Source: Chloroflexota bacterium (GTDB lineage: Bacteria > Chloroflexota > Limnocylindria > Limnocylindrales > CSP1-4). From it: a stretch of DNA of 64,000 nucleotides. Positions within the stretch are counted from its first letter, which is position 1. Each line of letters starts with the position of its first letter. This document shows, piece after piece, positions 38,380-47,389 of this stretch. The stretch covers positions 11,816 through 75,815 of the forward strand of contig PMYK01000029.1 in NCBI GenBank assembly GCA_003171255.1, read 5' to 3'. The position numbers and the translations under genes were made by a program. The notes under the pieces are model-generated. The model worked only from the letters and a program-made list of their open reading frames with translations. It made no database searches and had not been told where the DNA came from.

Positions 38380-39522
38380 TCAGTGTCTCACCGGGGCGCC
38401 AGCGGTGCGACCCATGATGGTCTGGGCCGCGCGCTGAATGTCCTTGCTGACCGCGGCATCGGGGCTGGTGACCACGAAGGGCATGCCCTCGTTGTTGGCC
38501 TGGACGACAAGGCGCCCATCGGACACGACTTCGAAGTCGGGCCGGCGCCCGAGCGACCGGGCCAGTTCCTCGCGGCCGATACCACCGCTCGAGTCCGATC
38601 GGTTGAGCAGGTAGTGCATCTTTTCGGGCGCGTAGCCGATCGACGAGAACACCTCGGCCACCGCAATCGTGTTGTGGATCGTGGTCGAGTCGTACGTCAC
38701 GATCGACAGAACGATGTCGCTGCCGTCGAGCAGGGCCAGCGTCACTTCCGAGAGCGTGGTCGGAGTGTCGATGACTATTGCCTCGTACAGCCTGCGCAGG
38801 AGCGAGATGGTCTTCTCGACGTCACGCGCGGTGACCATCTCCGCCATCTCGACCCGCGGCGGCGCAAGCAGGATGTCGATGCCGGCCGGGTCGCGCCACA
38901 TCACGTCCCGCAGGTCTGATTCCTGAACTCGGTCCGTCGGCAGGTCCAGGATCGACGGGACGTCGCTGGGCACCTTCAGCAGAGAGCGGAGGTCGCCGTA
39001 CTGCAGGCTGCCGTCGATCAGGGCCGTGGCAACTCCCATCTGGCCCAGGGCGACCGCCAGGTTGAAGGCGATGGTGGTCTTGCCAACGCCACCCTTCGGC
39101 GAAAAGACCGAGATGACCCGGCAGGCGCCGGATGACCCGGCCTGTCGATCCGCCAGGACGTGGCTGAGGGTGTTGACCAGTTCGAAGCCACTGAACGGAA
39201 GGGTGAGCACGGCGTCGATGCCACGAGCCGGGTCGCGAGCCAGCGGATGCTGTGGCACCGTCAGGACAACGACCGGGATATCCAGACCAGAGTCGCGGAG
39301 CTTCTCGATCAGCTGCGGCCCTTTGACCTTGCCCTGCAACAGCAAGTCGACCATCACGACGTCAGGCCGGAGCTGCTTTGCCGCCTCGACCACCTTCGAC
39401 CCGTCGTTCAAAACCTCGAGCAGCTTGACCTGCTCCTGGACGCTCAGCAGGTTGCGGACGTGCTGACTCACCTGCGGCACGTCTTCCGCGACTAGGAGCC
39501 GAATCGAACTGGGGTTGGCCAC
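38380..39522 (-). CDS. Receiver-like domain fused to a MinD/ParA/CpaE-type ATPase (paralog of 12131-13336)
   Basis: 380 aa starting at GTG. The receiver-like domain reads IRLLVAEDVP...VVMVDLLLQG...VVVLTV...AVLTLPF. The canonical deviant Walker A is FSPKGGVGKTTIAFNLA. The gene ends 4 nt before the murI start codon. Confidence 0.8.
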   Translation of the reverse strand: MANPSSIRLLVAEDVPQVSQHVRNLLSVQEQVKLLEVLNDGSKVVEAAKQLRPDVVMVDLLLQGKVKGPQLIEKLRDSGLDIPVVVLTVPQHPLARDPARGIDAVLTLPFSGFELVNTLSHVLADRQAGSSGACRVISVFSPKGGVGKTTIAFNLAVALGQMGVATALIDGSLQYGDLRSLLKVPSDVPSILDLPTDRVQESDLRDVMWRDPAGIDILLAPPRVEMAEMVTARDVEKTISLLRRLYEAIVIDTPTTLSEVTLALLDGSDIVLSIVTYDSTTIHNTIAVAEVFSSIGYAPEKMHYLLNRSDSSGGIGREELARSLGRRPDFEVVSDGRLVVQANNEGMPFVVTSPDAAVSKDIQRAAQTIMGRTAGAPVRH

Positions 39523-39534
39523 AGACCGACTATA

Positions 39535-40347
39535 TCAAGCTTGCGGGGCGGGTCTCCCCCGCCTCCGCGCTACCAGAATGGCCCGTTCGTCATGGGGACC
39601 TATGGGATCGAGCCCGTAATCGCCCGCCAGAACCTCCACTTCGAGGCCCGCCGACTCGGCCATCGCGCGCAGGTCGTCGGCGTTGAGGAGTCTCAGCCGG
39701 TCCTCTCGCACCCAACGGGAAGCGGCTCCGCCCTGGCGCCCCTCTTCGTAGATGGCGGTGAGGAGGACATGGCCCGTCGCCGGCTCGTGTTGTGCCGCGG
39801 ACTTCTTCGTGACCAACAGCCCGGTCTCGGGATCGTCGCGAACGTATTCGAGGCAGAGGCGACCGTCATAGCGGGCCAGCTCGTCCGCGCTGGGCAGCCA
39901 GACATCGACGACCGCGATCCCGCCGGGTTCGAGGTGCCGAGCCATCGTTTCGAGCGCGGCCCGCTGGGTATCCCGACTCTCGAGCACCAGGATCGAATTG
40001 AGGGCCAGGATGGCGAGACGGAATCGGGCGCCACCGGGCAGTTTCAGGCCGATCAGATCGGCTTCGATTGGCTCGAATCGAGCGCGAGCCTCCGGTCCCG
40101 CGTCCGCCGCCCCCTTTGCGGCCCGAGCGAGCATGGCGGGGTCGTTGTCGACGGCTGTGACTTCGTAGCCCGCCTTGGCGAGCGGCACTGACACTCGGCC
40201 AGACCCGGCCGCGATCTCGAGCACCGGCCCGCCGCTCCGCGATGCCAGCGCCAGGTACAGCTCGACGTCACCTGGGTCTTCGGTCAGGTCGAGGTCGTAG
40301 AGCCGGGCCAGCGCAGTGGCTGTGGTGGGATCGCGGGGCGCGGTCAT
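39535..40347 (-). CDS. Class I SAM-dependent methyltransferase
   Basis: Motif I reads VLEIAAGSGRVSVPLAKAGYEVTAVDNDPAML. I took the ATG at 40347. The track ORF begins at GTG 40389. Confidence 0.75.
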   Translation of the reverse strand: MTAPRDPTTATALARLYDLDLTEDPGDVELYLALASRSGGPVLEIAAGSGRVSVPLAKAGYEVTAVDNDPAMLARAAKGAADAGPEARARFEPIEADLIGLKLPGGARFRLAILALNSILVLESRDTQRAALETMARHLEPGGIAVVDVWLPSADELARYDGRLCLEYVRDDPETGLLVTKKSAAQHEPATGHVLLTAIYEEGRQGGAASRWVREDRLRLLNADDLRAMAESAGLEVEVLAGDYGLDPIGPHDERAILVARRRGRPAPQA

Positions 40348-40494
40348 CACGTACAGCCTGACATAACTCGTTGTCGAGGGTTCGATCACTTGTGCGGGCC
40401 CTATGCCCTAGACCCGCGACACCCAATCCGGCGGTGCGGCCACTGGAACGCTAACCGCGCTCGACCAGTAGGCTGTCGGCGAACAGCACGGAGC

Positions 40495-41478
40495 ATGCTC
40501 TTGACGACGACCAATGAAAGGGGGTCGGGCTTGTCCGGGTTCAGGCAGGTCCATACCGCTGGATGGATCGAGCGCTTCACCCACCGAGGGTACTCGGGCG
40601 TGACGCCGCTCGGGTCCGGAGTAGAAGGTGCGACCTACCGTCTCGGCGACGGGGCGGTGGCGAAGGTGTGGGGCCGCCGTCGAGAGGCGGAGCTCGTCCG
40701 AATGCAGGGGTTCTACTTGGATGTCGCCCGCGCCGGATTGCCGTTCGCCACTCCCGTGATTCTGCGGGTCGAGGAGGTCGACGGCGTTGCCGTGACCTTC
40801 GAGCAGGAGCTATACGGCCAACCGCTGCAGCAGCGGTTGGCCGTCGAGGACGTTGAGCTCGATCCGGCCGCCATGGATTGCGTCGTCGAAGTGCTCCGGG
40901 CGCTGGCCAGCGTGCCTGGCACCGACGCGATGCGAGAGATGCCGGTGCTGGACGAGGAGTGCCCGTTATGGGCAGGCACGGACGACTTCCCATCTGCCCT
41001 GGTAGCGCTATTGGAGCGCCGCGTGGCGCGTTTCGGCGGCACGCTTCGCAGCCACGTGCCGGACTTTGACCGCCGCTACACGAGGATCCTGGAGAAGCTG
41101 GACGCACTCGACAGCGTGCCGACCACGGTTATCCATGGAGACCTCTTCGGCGAGAACATCCTTGTGGACGATAGGCTCCGACCGGTGTCGGTACTCGATT
41201 TCGGATTCCTGTCCACGGCAGGCGATCCGAGGCTGGACGCGAGCATCACGGCTGCGACGATGAACATGTACGGGCCGCACGCGCCGGCGATCGCCGCTGC
41301 GGCCACAGATCGCTTCGCGGCCGACCTCGGGTACTCCGTCGAGGCGATGCTGATCTACCGTGCCGCATACGCCGTGGCGACCAGCAACGTGTTCACGCCA
41401 GACGGCAGCGACGGGCACTTTCTGTGGTGTGTCGCGCAGCTCACCGGGGCCGACCTGACCGCGGCCTTGGATCTCTGA
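40495..41478 (+). CDS. Aminoglycoside/choline-kinase-type phosphotransferase (APH family)
   Basis: The catalytic loop reads VIHGDLFGENILVDD, followed by SVLDFGFLS. The start is uncertain: ATG 40495, TTG 40501 or TTG 40531. Confidence 0.75.
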   Translation: MLLTTTNERGSGLSGFRQVHTAGWIERFTHRGYSGVTPLGSGVEGATYRLGDGAVAKVWGRRREAELVRMQGFYLDVARAGLPFATPVILRVEEVDGVAVTFEQELYGQPLQQRLAVEDVELDPAAMDCVVEVLRALASVPGTDAMREMPVLDEECPLWAGTDDFPSALVALLERRVARFGGTLRSHVPDFDRRYTRILEKLDALDSVPTTVIHGDLFGENILVDDRLRPVSVLDFGFLSTAGDPRLDASITAATMNMYGPHAPAIAAAATDRFAADLGYSVEAMLIYRAAYAVATSNVFTPDGSDGHFLWCVAQLTGADLTAALDL

Positions 41479-41499
41479 CCAGACTCACGGCCTTGCCGC

Positions 41500-41874
41500 C
41501 TATCGCTCCATCGATAGCGTGATCTCGGCCATGAGCACGAGGACCACGACGAAGACCGCGATGGGCAGGCTCAGGACGGCCTGGATCCGAAGAGCCACGA
41601 AGAGGGTCACCACGGCGGTCACCCAGGCGCCCCGTCGAATTGCCCGGCCCCAGTCGCCGAGCAGCGCGATCCGGCGGTGGCTCGCATAGGCCATCAGCCA
41701 GAAGAGTGGGACAGCCGTCAAGCCGCAACCCAGGCCGATCATCGCCGCCCCGACCAGGCCGGTACTGGCGCTCCCATGCGGATACGTCGTCGTCACGAGT
41801 TGCGCCACTGCCAGCCAGGCGATGAGCGCCGCGCCGATGAAAAAGCAGTTCGCCAGGCGATCCCTTGGTTCCAT
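41500..41874 (-). CDS. Hypothetical integral membrane protein (about 4 transmembrane segments)
   Basis: 124 aa starting at ATG, with four hydrophobic stretches (FFIGAALIAWLAVAQLV, LVGAAMIGLGCGLTAVPLFWLMAY, AWVTAVVTLFVAL, PIAVFVVVLVLMA). Confidence 0.6.
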   Translation of the reverse strand: MEPRDRLANCFFIGAALIAWLAVAQLVTTTYPHGSASTGLVGAAMIGLGCGLTAVPLFWLMAYASHRRIALLGDWGRAIRRGAWVTAVVTLFVALRIQAVLSLPIAVFVVVLVLMAEITLSMER

Positions 41875-41884
41875 CGCCGCCAGT

Positions 41885-42667
41885 CTACCTACCGAGGGCC
41901 GCTTCGAGTTCCAGGATCGAATCGATCGTGATATCGGGTCGCGAGTCCGGCGCCGGCGGCGCCACAGGCAGCGGCGAGTCCTCCGGCTTCAGGCGCACCC
42001 AGGCCGCTCGCCAGCCGACGTTGTGGGCCCCAACGACATCCGCTCCGGGATCGTCGCCGACGTGCAGGATGGCCGGTCCAGATTGGATGCCCAGCCGTAC
42101 GGACGCGACTTCGAAGATCTCACGCTGCGGCTTGATGACCCCGACCTCGTGGGACACCACGACCGCCGAGAGATAGGGCGCCCAACCGGCGGCTTCCACG
42201 AAACGATCGATCGCCATGGTAAGCGGCCAGTTCGACACGATAGCCAGCCGAAACGAGTCGGCCAGCCGCCGGAGCATCGGGCCGATTTCGGGCGGCGCGG
42301 GCGTGAGATCGACGAAGGCCGTCGCATAGGCATCCAGGACAGAGGCGAGTTCCTCCGGGCTCGAATAGGCGGCGGCGACTGAATCGTTCCAGCTTCCCCC
42401 GGGTCCCGGGACCGGACAGCCGCGCAGCCGGGCCAGCACCCTTGTGGCCCGGACGTCCATGTACGCCTCGCGACCCTCAGGCACGTCCTCGACCATCTGC
42501 CGCTGACGCTCCTCAGTCCACAGGCGCAGGAACTCGTTCCGAGGAACGCCCAGCGACCGCGCAGATAGGGTCGCCGTGGCTTGCAGCACTGCCGCCATTT
42601 GGCTCTCGGGAAATGCCACCAGCGTGTTCCCGAAGTCGAGCGTGATCGCCTGGAGGCCCTCGATCAT
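41885..42667 (-). CDS. HAD-superfamily hydrolase (subfamily IA-like)
   Basis: The ATG at 42667 overlaps the helicase stop (ATGA at 42664-42667). Motif I reads AITLDFGNTLV, with Gly in place of the second Asp. Motif IV reads HVGDDPGADVVGA. Confidence 0.7.
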   Translation of the reverse strand: MIEGLQAITLDFGNTLVAFPESQMAAVLQATATLSARSLGVPRNEFLRLWTEERQRQMVEDVPEGREAYMDVRATRVLARLRGCPVPGPGGSWNDSVAAAYSSPEELASVLDAYATAFVDLTPAPPEIGPMLRRLADSFRLAIVSNWPLTMAIDRFVEAAGWAPYLSAVVVSHEVGVIKPQREIFEVASVRLGIQSGPAILHVGDDPGADVVGAHNVGWRAAWVRLKPEDSPLPVAPPAPDSRPDITIDSILELEAALGR

Positions 42668-45600
42668 TTGGCGGCGCTCGCCGGGCAGATGTCGCGGAAG
42701 GCGCAGTAGCCGCAAGCCAGGTAGTCCGGGGCGGCCTCGAACCGACGGGCCCGAATGCCGGCGGCCGCCTTTCGGATCGACTCCCGGGCCTTGTCGAGCC
42801 GCTTCGCGTCTACCTCGACGCGCCCCACCAGGCCCGACTCGAGGAACCAGAGCTGCAGCGCGTCCGGCAGGCGACCGGTTTCGGCCTGGTAGGCCATGGC
42901 GTAGATCTGGAGCTGAAGCGAGTCTCGGGCGCGCTCACGAGCCCGGGCCGGATCGCGGACATCGCTGGACTTGTAGTCGGTGATGGTCACTCGCTCCGGA
43001 TGGAACCCCGGCAGCACCGGCGTGATGGCATCCGCATGTTGCCCCTGGCTCGCCCCCTCCTGGGCCTCGGCTGGGGAGGACTCGAGGCGCTCGATGTCGA
43101 CGCGATCCATGCGGCCGCGGATGCGATCGCCGTCCAGGGTGAAGCTGAACTCGCGCTCCACGTAGGCCGGCACTATCGTCCCCGGCTGCAGCTGCTCCTC
43201 GCGGAAGCGGAGCAGCGCGGCCCGACCGGCCGCCAATCGCGCCTCCTCATGCTCTCGGGTGAGGAACCCCTCGTTTGACCAGGCGGCGTCGAAGGCCGCA
43301 AGCAGCTCGTCCTCGGTCATCGTGGAGCCATGGGCCTGACGCCGGTGAAACTCCTGAACGGCCTTGTGAAGTGCCGATCCATAGACAATCGCGTGATGAG
43401 GTGCGATCGGCACACGCAGAACATGGACGTACTTGTACTTGAGCGGACACGTCAGGTAGTCGTCGACCTGGTAGAAGCTGAGTGAGAGCGGCCCATCCAC
43501 GGGTTCGCGCCCCGGCTCGACCGGCTCGGCCTTCGGCTCGAACGCGGCCAGCTTCTCCAGCGGGGCGTGGGCCGCGGCATCTGCCGCGGCTCCGGTGGCC
43601 GCGGTCGCGGGAAGGTCGAGCGCCTCGAGCACGAACTGGGAGACACGCCGCGCGCGCCGGCCACCATAGTCCGAGGCATGGCTCAAGATCAGCTCGTCGC
43701 GAGCCCGGGTCATGCCCACATAGAAGAGCCGTCGCTCCTCCTGTACGTGGGCGTCGCCCTCCGGCAGCGTTTCGTGCACCAGTTCCGCCGGCAAGGCCAG
43801 CGGCTCGCGGCGGGTCCGTGCCGGAAACCTACCGTCGATCAGGCCGGTCATATACACCACCGGGAATTCCAGGCCCTTCGCTTTGTGAACCGTGAGCACC
43901 GAAACGGCATCGGCGTCCGGGTCGATCTCGGCGGTCGCCGGATCGTCACCCGCATCGATGAGCGTCTGAAGGTGACGCGCCACGAACACGATCCGGTCGT
44001 CCTGCAGCAGGTCGGATTGAGCTCGGATGATGTCGAAGAAGCGGGCAATGTTCTGGAGCGCCTCTTCGGCCGCCACCGAGTCGGTGGACGCAAGCCTCGA
44101 CAGCAGGCCGCTGTCTCGCAGGAAGCGGTACAGCACCTCGCCGGCCGGCCGCTCGTGAGCCAGGTCCGTGTAGTGGCGCAGATCGCCGACCAGCCGTTCC
44201 AGAGTGGCGCGAGTATCAGCTGCGAGCCGCAGCAGGCCGGGCTGTCGAGTGAGTTCGTCGAGGACTTCCCAGAGCGATCGATTGCGACGGCGGGCGCTGT
44301 TGACGATTGCCGTGAGATCCGGGCCGCCGAGCCCGTAGACGTCGGACGCCGCGATGGCGTAGACATCGACGCTGGCCGAAAGGTCCGCGATCGCCCGCAG
44401 GAACGCGAGCAGGAGCCTTATCTCCGGGCGAGCGTACAAACCCGAGGTGCCCGAGAACCGCCACGGCAAGCCCGCCAGATTGAGGCTGCGCAGGATCGGG
44501 TCCGCATCGGCGTTGGCGCGAACCAGGATCGCGAAATCGCGCGGCTTTGCTCCGCCGGCCACATGCGCCGCGATCTCGCGGGCAACCCCGTCGGCCTCCT
44601 CTGATCCGGTGGCAAAGATGAGATGCCGAACCGGGCTGATCGTGCCGCCGCGCTCCGCGACGAGTCGCTTGTCGATGCCGTTTCGGACTTCGAGGCGATC
44701 CGGGTCGTTGAACCGGATGAGTCGGTAGCTGGCGTCCAGGATCGGAGCGGTCGACCGGTAGTTGCGCCGCAGGACTATCTGGCGGGTCTTCGGATGCCGC
44801 CGCTTGAATTCGATGATGTTGCTGATCGCAGCGCCGCGGAACTTGTAGATCGACTGGTCGTCATCCCCGACCACCGTGACGTTGCCGTGGGGCGCGGCCA
44901 ACAATTCGACCAGCTCCGATTGGGCCCGATTCGTGTCCTGGAACTCGTCGACCAGGATGTAGCGGAAGCGTCGCTGAAGCTCGACGCGGGCGGCCGCCGA
45001 CTCGCGCAGCAGGCGCAGGGCCAGGCTGACCTGGTCCCCGAAATCGATCAAGCCGGCCTTTCGCAGGAGTTTCTGATAGCAGTCGTAGGCGCGAGCTAGC
45101 TCGGTCTGACGGCGAGCCGCTTCCTCCAGCGCTGTCGCGGCATCGGCGGCGTCCGGAATGCCGGCGTCGCCGAACGCTCGGCTCGCGGCGGACCCGGCCT
45201 TCAGCTCCGCCGCGAAGTCGAGGTAGGCCTGGGGGCTCACGTCCTCGTCCTTGCAGCGGCTGAAGAGCGTGGCCAGCGCACCCAGAAAGCGTGTCGGGTC
45301 GCCCAGGGGCCTGTACTCGTCCAGCTCGAACTCGAACAGCCGCTCACGCAGGAAGATGACCACTTCGGGTCGAGAGAGGACGCGGGAGTCGTTGGGCAAC
45401 CCCAACTCGAGCGCGAATTCGCGTACCAGACGATCGCCGAAGGCGTGGAACGTGGCGACGGCCGCGTCTGTGTAGCCGTACGGCACGAGCTGATCCACGC
45501 GGGTCTGCATCTCGTCCGCGGCCTTGTCCGTAAAGGTCAGGGCCAGAATCTCCGAGGGCCGGGCTCGGCGGGTCGCGATCAACCAGGCGATGCGACGGGT

Positions 45601-45825
45601 GATGACCTGCGTCTTCCCGGTGCCCGCGCCCGCCACGACCAGCAGAGGGCCATCGCCATGGCAGACGGCGCGCCGCTGCTCAACGTTGAGCCCGGCCAGC
45701 AGCGACCCGACGCCATCGACCGATTCGGCGGCGACGTCATCGTCGGGCGGCGGCGTCCACCATACGGGTATCTGCTGAAGCGGCTGCGGCTCGCGTGTGG
45801 ATGCCCGGCGGCTCTGGCGCGTCAT
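42664..45825 (-). CDS. UvrD/PcrA-type SF1 helicase fused to a C-terminal PD-(D/E)XK nuclease with a Cas4/AddB-type Cys cluster
   Basis: 1053 aa. Walker A is VVAGAGTGKTQV, and motifs ILVDEFQDTN and TVHKAKGLEF are present. The C-terminal nuclease region shows DYLTCPLKYKY, ITDYKSS and LQLQIYAMAY, ending in CGYCAFRDIC. Confidence 0.88.
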   Translation of the reverse strand: MTRQSRRASTREPQPLQQIPVWWTPPPDDDVAAESVDGVGSLLAGLNVEQRRAVCHGDGPLLVVAGAGTGKTQVITRRIAWLIATRRARPSEILALTFTDKAADEMQTRVDQLVPYGYTDAAVATFHAFGDRLVREFALELGLPNDSRVLSRPEVVIFLRERLFEFELDEYRPLGDPTRFLGALATLFSRCKDEDVSPQAYLDFAAELKAGSAASRAFGDAGIPDAADAATALEEAARRQTELARAYDCYQKLLRKAGLIDFGDQVSLALRLLRESAAARVELQRRFRYILVDEFQDTNRAQSELVELLAAPHGNVTVVGDDDQSIYKFRGAAISNIIEFKRRHPKTRQIVLRRNYRSTAPILDASYRLIRFNDPDRLEVRNGIDKRLVAERGGTISPVRHLIFATGSEEADGVAREIAAHVAGGAKPRDFAILVRANADADPILRSLNLAGLPWRFSGTSGLYARPEIRLLLAFLRAIADLSASVDVYAIAASDVYGLGGPDLTAIVNSARRRNRSLWEVLDELTRQPGLLRLAADTRATLERLVGDLRHYTDLAHERPAGEVLYRFLRDSGLLSRLASTDSVAAEEALQNIARFFDIIRAQSDLLQDDRIVFVARHLQTLIDAGDDPATAEIDPDADAVSVLTVHKAKGLEFPVVYMTGLIDGRFPARTRREPLALPAELVHETLPEGDAHVQEERRLFYVGMTRARDELILSHASDYGGRRARRVSQFVLEALDLPATAATGAAADAAAHAPLEKLAAFEPKAEPVEPGREPVDGPLSLSFYQVDDYLTCPLKYKYVHVLRVPIAPHHAIVYGSALHKAVQEFHRRQAHGSTMTEDELLAAFDAAWSNEGFLTREHEEARLAAGRAALLRFREEQLQPGTIVPAYVEREFSFTLDGDRIRGRMDRVDIERLESSPAEAQEGASQGQHADAITPVLPGFHPERVTITDYKSSDVRDPARARERARDSLQLQIYAMAYQAETGRLPDALQLWFLESGLVGRVEVDAKRLDKARESIRKAAAGIRARRFEAAPDYLACGYCAFRDICPASAAK

Positions 45826-45883
45826 CCCGACAGACTCACCGGCGGCAGTGACATCTCACGTGTCACTCACTGCCGGGATCCGC

Positions 45884-46747
45884 CTACTTCGTTCGAGGCT
45901 CGGAGACCGGCGGCCGTCCAGGTTTGAAGCCGACTCGTTCGGAGTCAGGTGCCGCGGCAGACTCCGGAGCAGAGTCCCTGGACTTCTCCTGACCCTTCGC
46001 CTGTTCGCTTTCAGCCCTGTTGGTAGCCTCCTGCTCCGAAGCGGCAGGGCCCGCAGGAGCGGCGGGCTTCGCTGACTGCGCGGCCGCCCTGGCAGGCATT
46101 GCCTTCGGGGACAAGGCAGCGACGGCCGGCGGCCTTGCCGCCGGTGCCGGCGCAACGGGCGGAGTCCTTGGCATCGCGCCGGCGGCGGCTGCGAGCACGG
46201 CACTGGGAGCGGCGACAGCGCGGCTCGCGGCCGCCGATCGCGGCGGAGCAGCCGGGCGGGCCGCTCGCTTGGAGCGAGCCTCGTCGATGGCGTCTTGCTC
46301 CTCAGCCGACAGCGACGTATCGGACTTCCCGCCGATTATGGCCTTGGCGTAGATGCGAGTGCCCGTCCTGGAATGGAGGCTGCTCACGATGTAGCCGTCA
46401 TCCGACTCGTCGAGCAGGGCCAGGGCGAAACTCTGGTTGCCGCCCGTGTCTGGGAACGGATTGAAGCGCACGAGCCCCTGCCGAGCGAAGTGGTGACGCG
46501 CGGAACTCTCTAGAACTGCCATTCGCGCAGTCAACTCATCGAGGTCGCGGCCGACCTGATGCACAGTCTCGAGATGCTCGCCCAGGACCGTCTCCAGGTC
46601 ACCGCCCTCAACGCCCCCAGTCAAGTCATCGATTCGCTGCCTAAGCTTGCTCACCTGTAATGCCTGCAACATCACGATCGTCAGCAGGCACAAGCCCGCC
46701 AGTACCAATGTGATGGCAGCCAGGTTGTTCGAAAAGAAGTCGACCAC
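45884..46747 (-). CDS. DUF4446-family protein with a low-complexity Ala/Pro-rich tail of about 130 aa
   Basis: GTG start 4 nt after a GGAGGT. It has an N-terminal transmembrane segment. The core reads GLVRFNPFPDTGGNQSFALALLDESDDGYIVSSLHSRTGTRIYAKAI...LSAEEQDAI. Confidence 0.7.
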   Translation of the reverse strand: MVDFFSNNLAAITLVLAGLCLLTIVMLQALQVSKLRQRIDDLTGGVEGGDLETVLGEHLETVHQVGRDLDELTARMAVLESSARHHFARQGLVRFNPFPDTGGNQSFALALLDESDDGYIVSSLHSRTGTRIYAKAIIGGKSDTSLSAEEQDAIDEARSKRAARPAAPPRSAAASRAVAAPSAVLAAAAGAMPRTPPVAPAPAARPPAVAALSPKAMPARAAAQSAKPAAPAGPAASEQEATNRAESEQAKGQEKSRDSAPESAAAPDSERVGFKPGRPPVSEPRTK

Positions 46748-46970
46748 ACGTACCTCCGCTCAATCGCCCCCGAGTCTACCAGCCGCGGGCGAAAGGCTGC
46801 TTTGCGGACGGCGTCGAGCCGGTGAAGTGAGGCGCCCGGTGCGGCGCCCGGCGAGGCCGACCGGGATGTTATCCTCGACGCCGACGAAAAGCTCCTGAAA
46901 TGTGTATTGACCGGCGGCGCACAGCACCGCGCCTGCCTACGACTGAGCCAACGGAGGCCTCTCACAAGCC

Positions 46971-47363
46971 ATGGCCAAGCGCACTCGTGGATCGAACCGA
47001 CCTGGCCAGCGACATGCCGAGAGGCACGGTTCCGCCAGACCCCAGACACGTCCCGAATCTCAAGCCAGCAGTCTGTCGGCAGCCGAGGAAGCCCGAGCCG
47101 CCGAGCTCGAGTCGCAGATCGTAGCCCAGGAACACGCCGCCGAGGTCAACCGGGCGCGCGGCCGCGATCGAGGTCGTGCCGCGGAAGTAGCACGGCCCGG
47201 ACGCGCCGGCGGCCAGGGTTTGCTGGCAGCTCGAGCGGCAGAGGAATACGCCTACGTGGTCCGCGATGTACGGCGGATCCTGGCCGTGGGCGGGGCCGTC
47301 GTCGCGGTGCTCGCGGTCATGTTCGTCCTCGTCGATGTCCTCCGCGTAGTCAGGTTCAGCTAG
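46971..47363 (+). CDS. Hypothetical protein with a basic N-terminus and a C-terminal transmembrane anchor
   Basis: 130 aa starting at ATG. The sequence reads MAKRTRGSNRPGQRH...AEEYAYVVRDVRRILAVGGAVVAVLAVMFVLV. I recognise no family. Confidence 0.5.
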   Translation: MAKRTRGSNRPGQRHAERHGSARPQTRPESQASSLSAAEEARAAELESQIVAQEHAAEVNRARGRDRGRAAEVARPGRAGGQGLLAARAAEEYAYVVRDVRRILAVGGAVVAVLAVMFVLVDVLRVVRFS

Positions 47364-47389
47364 AGCAAGCCCGCCCTGCTGTGGCAGGC

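Noticed and set aside
41120-41140. A DnaA-box-like string (gttatccatgg) inside the APH-family kinase gene
   Set aside because: It is a single imperfect match inside a coding region. There is no cluster of boxes, no AT-rich unwinding element and no dnaA/dnaN nearby.
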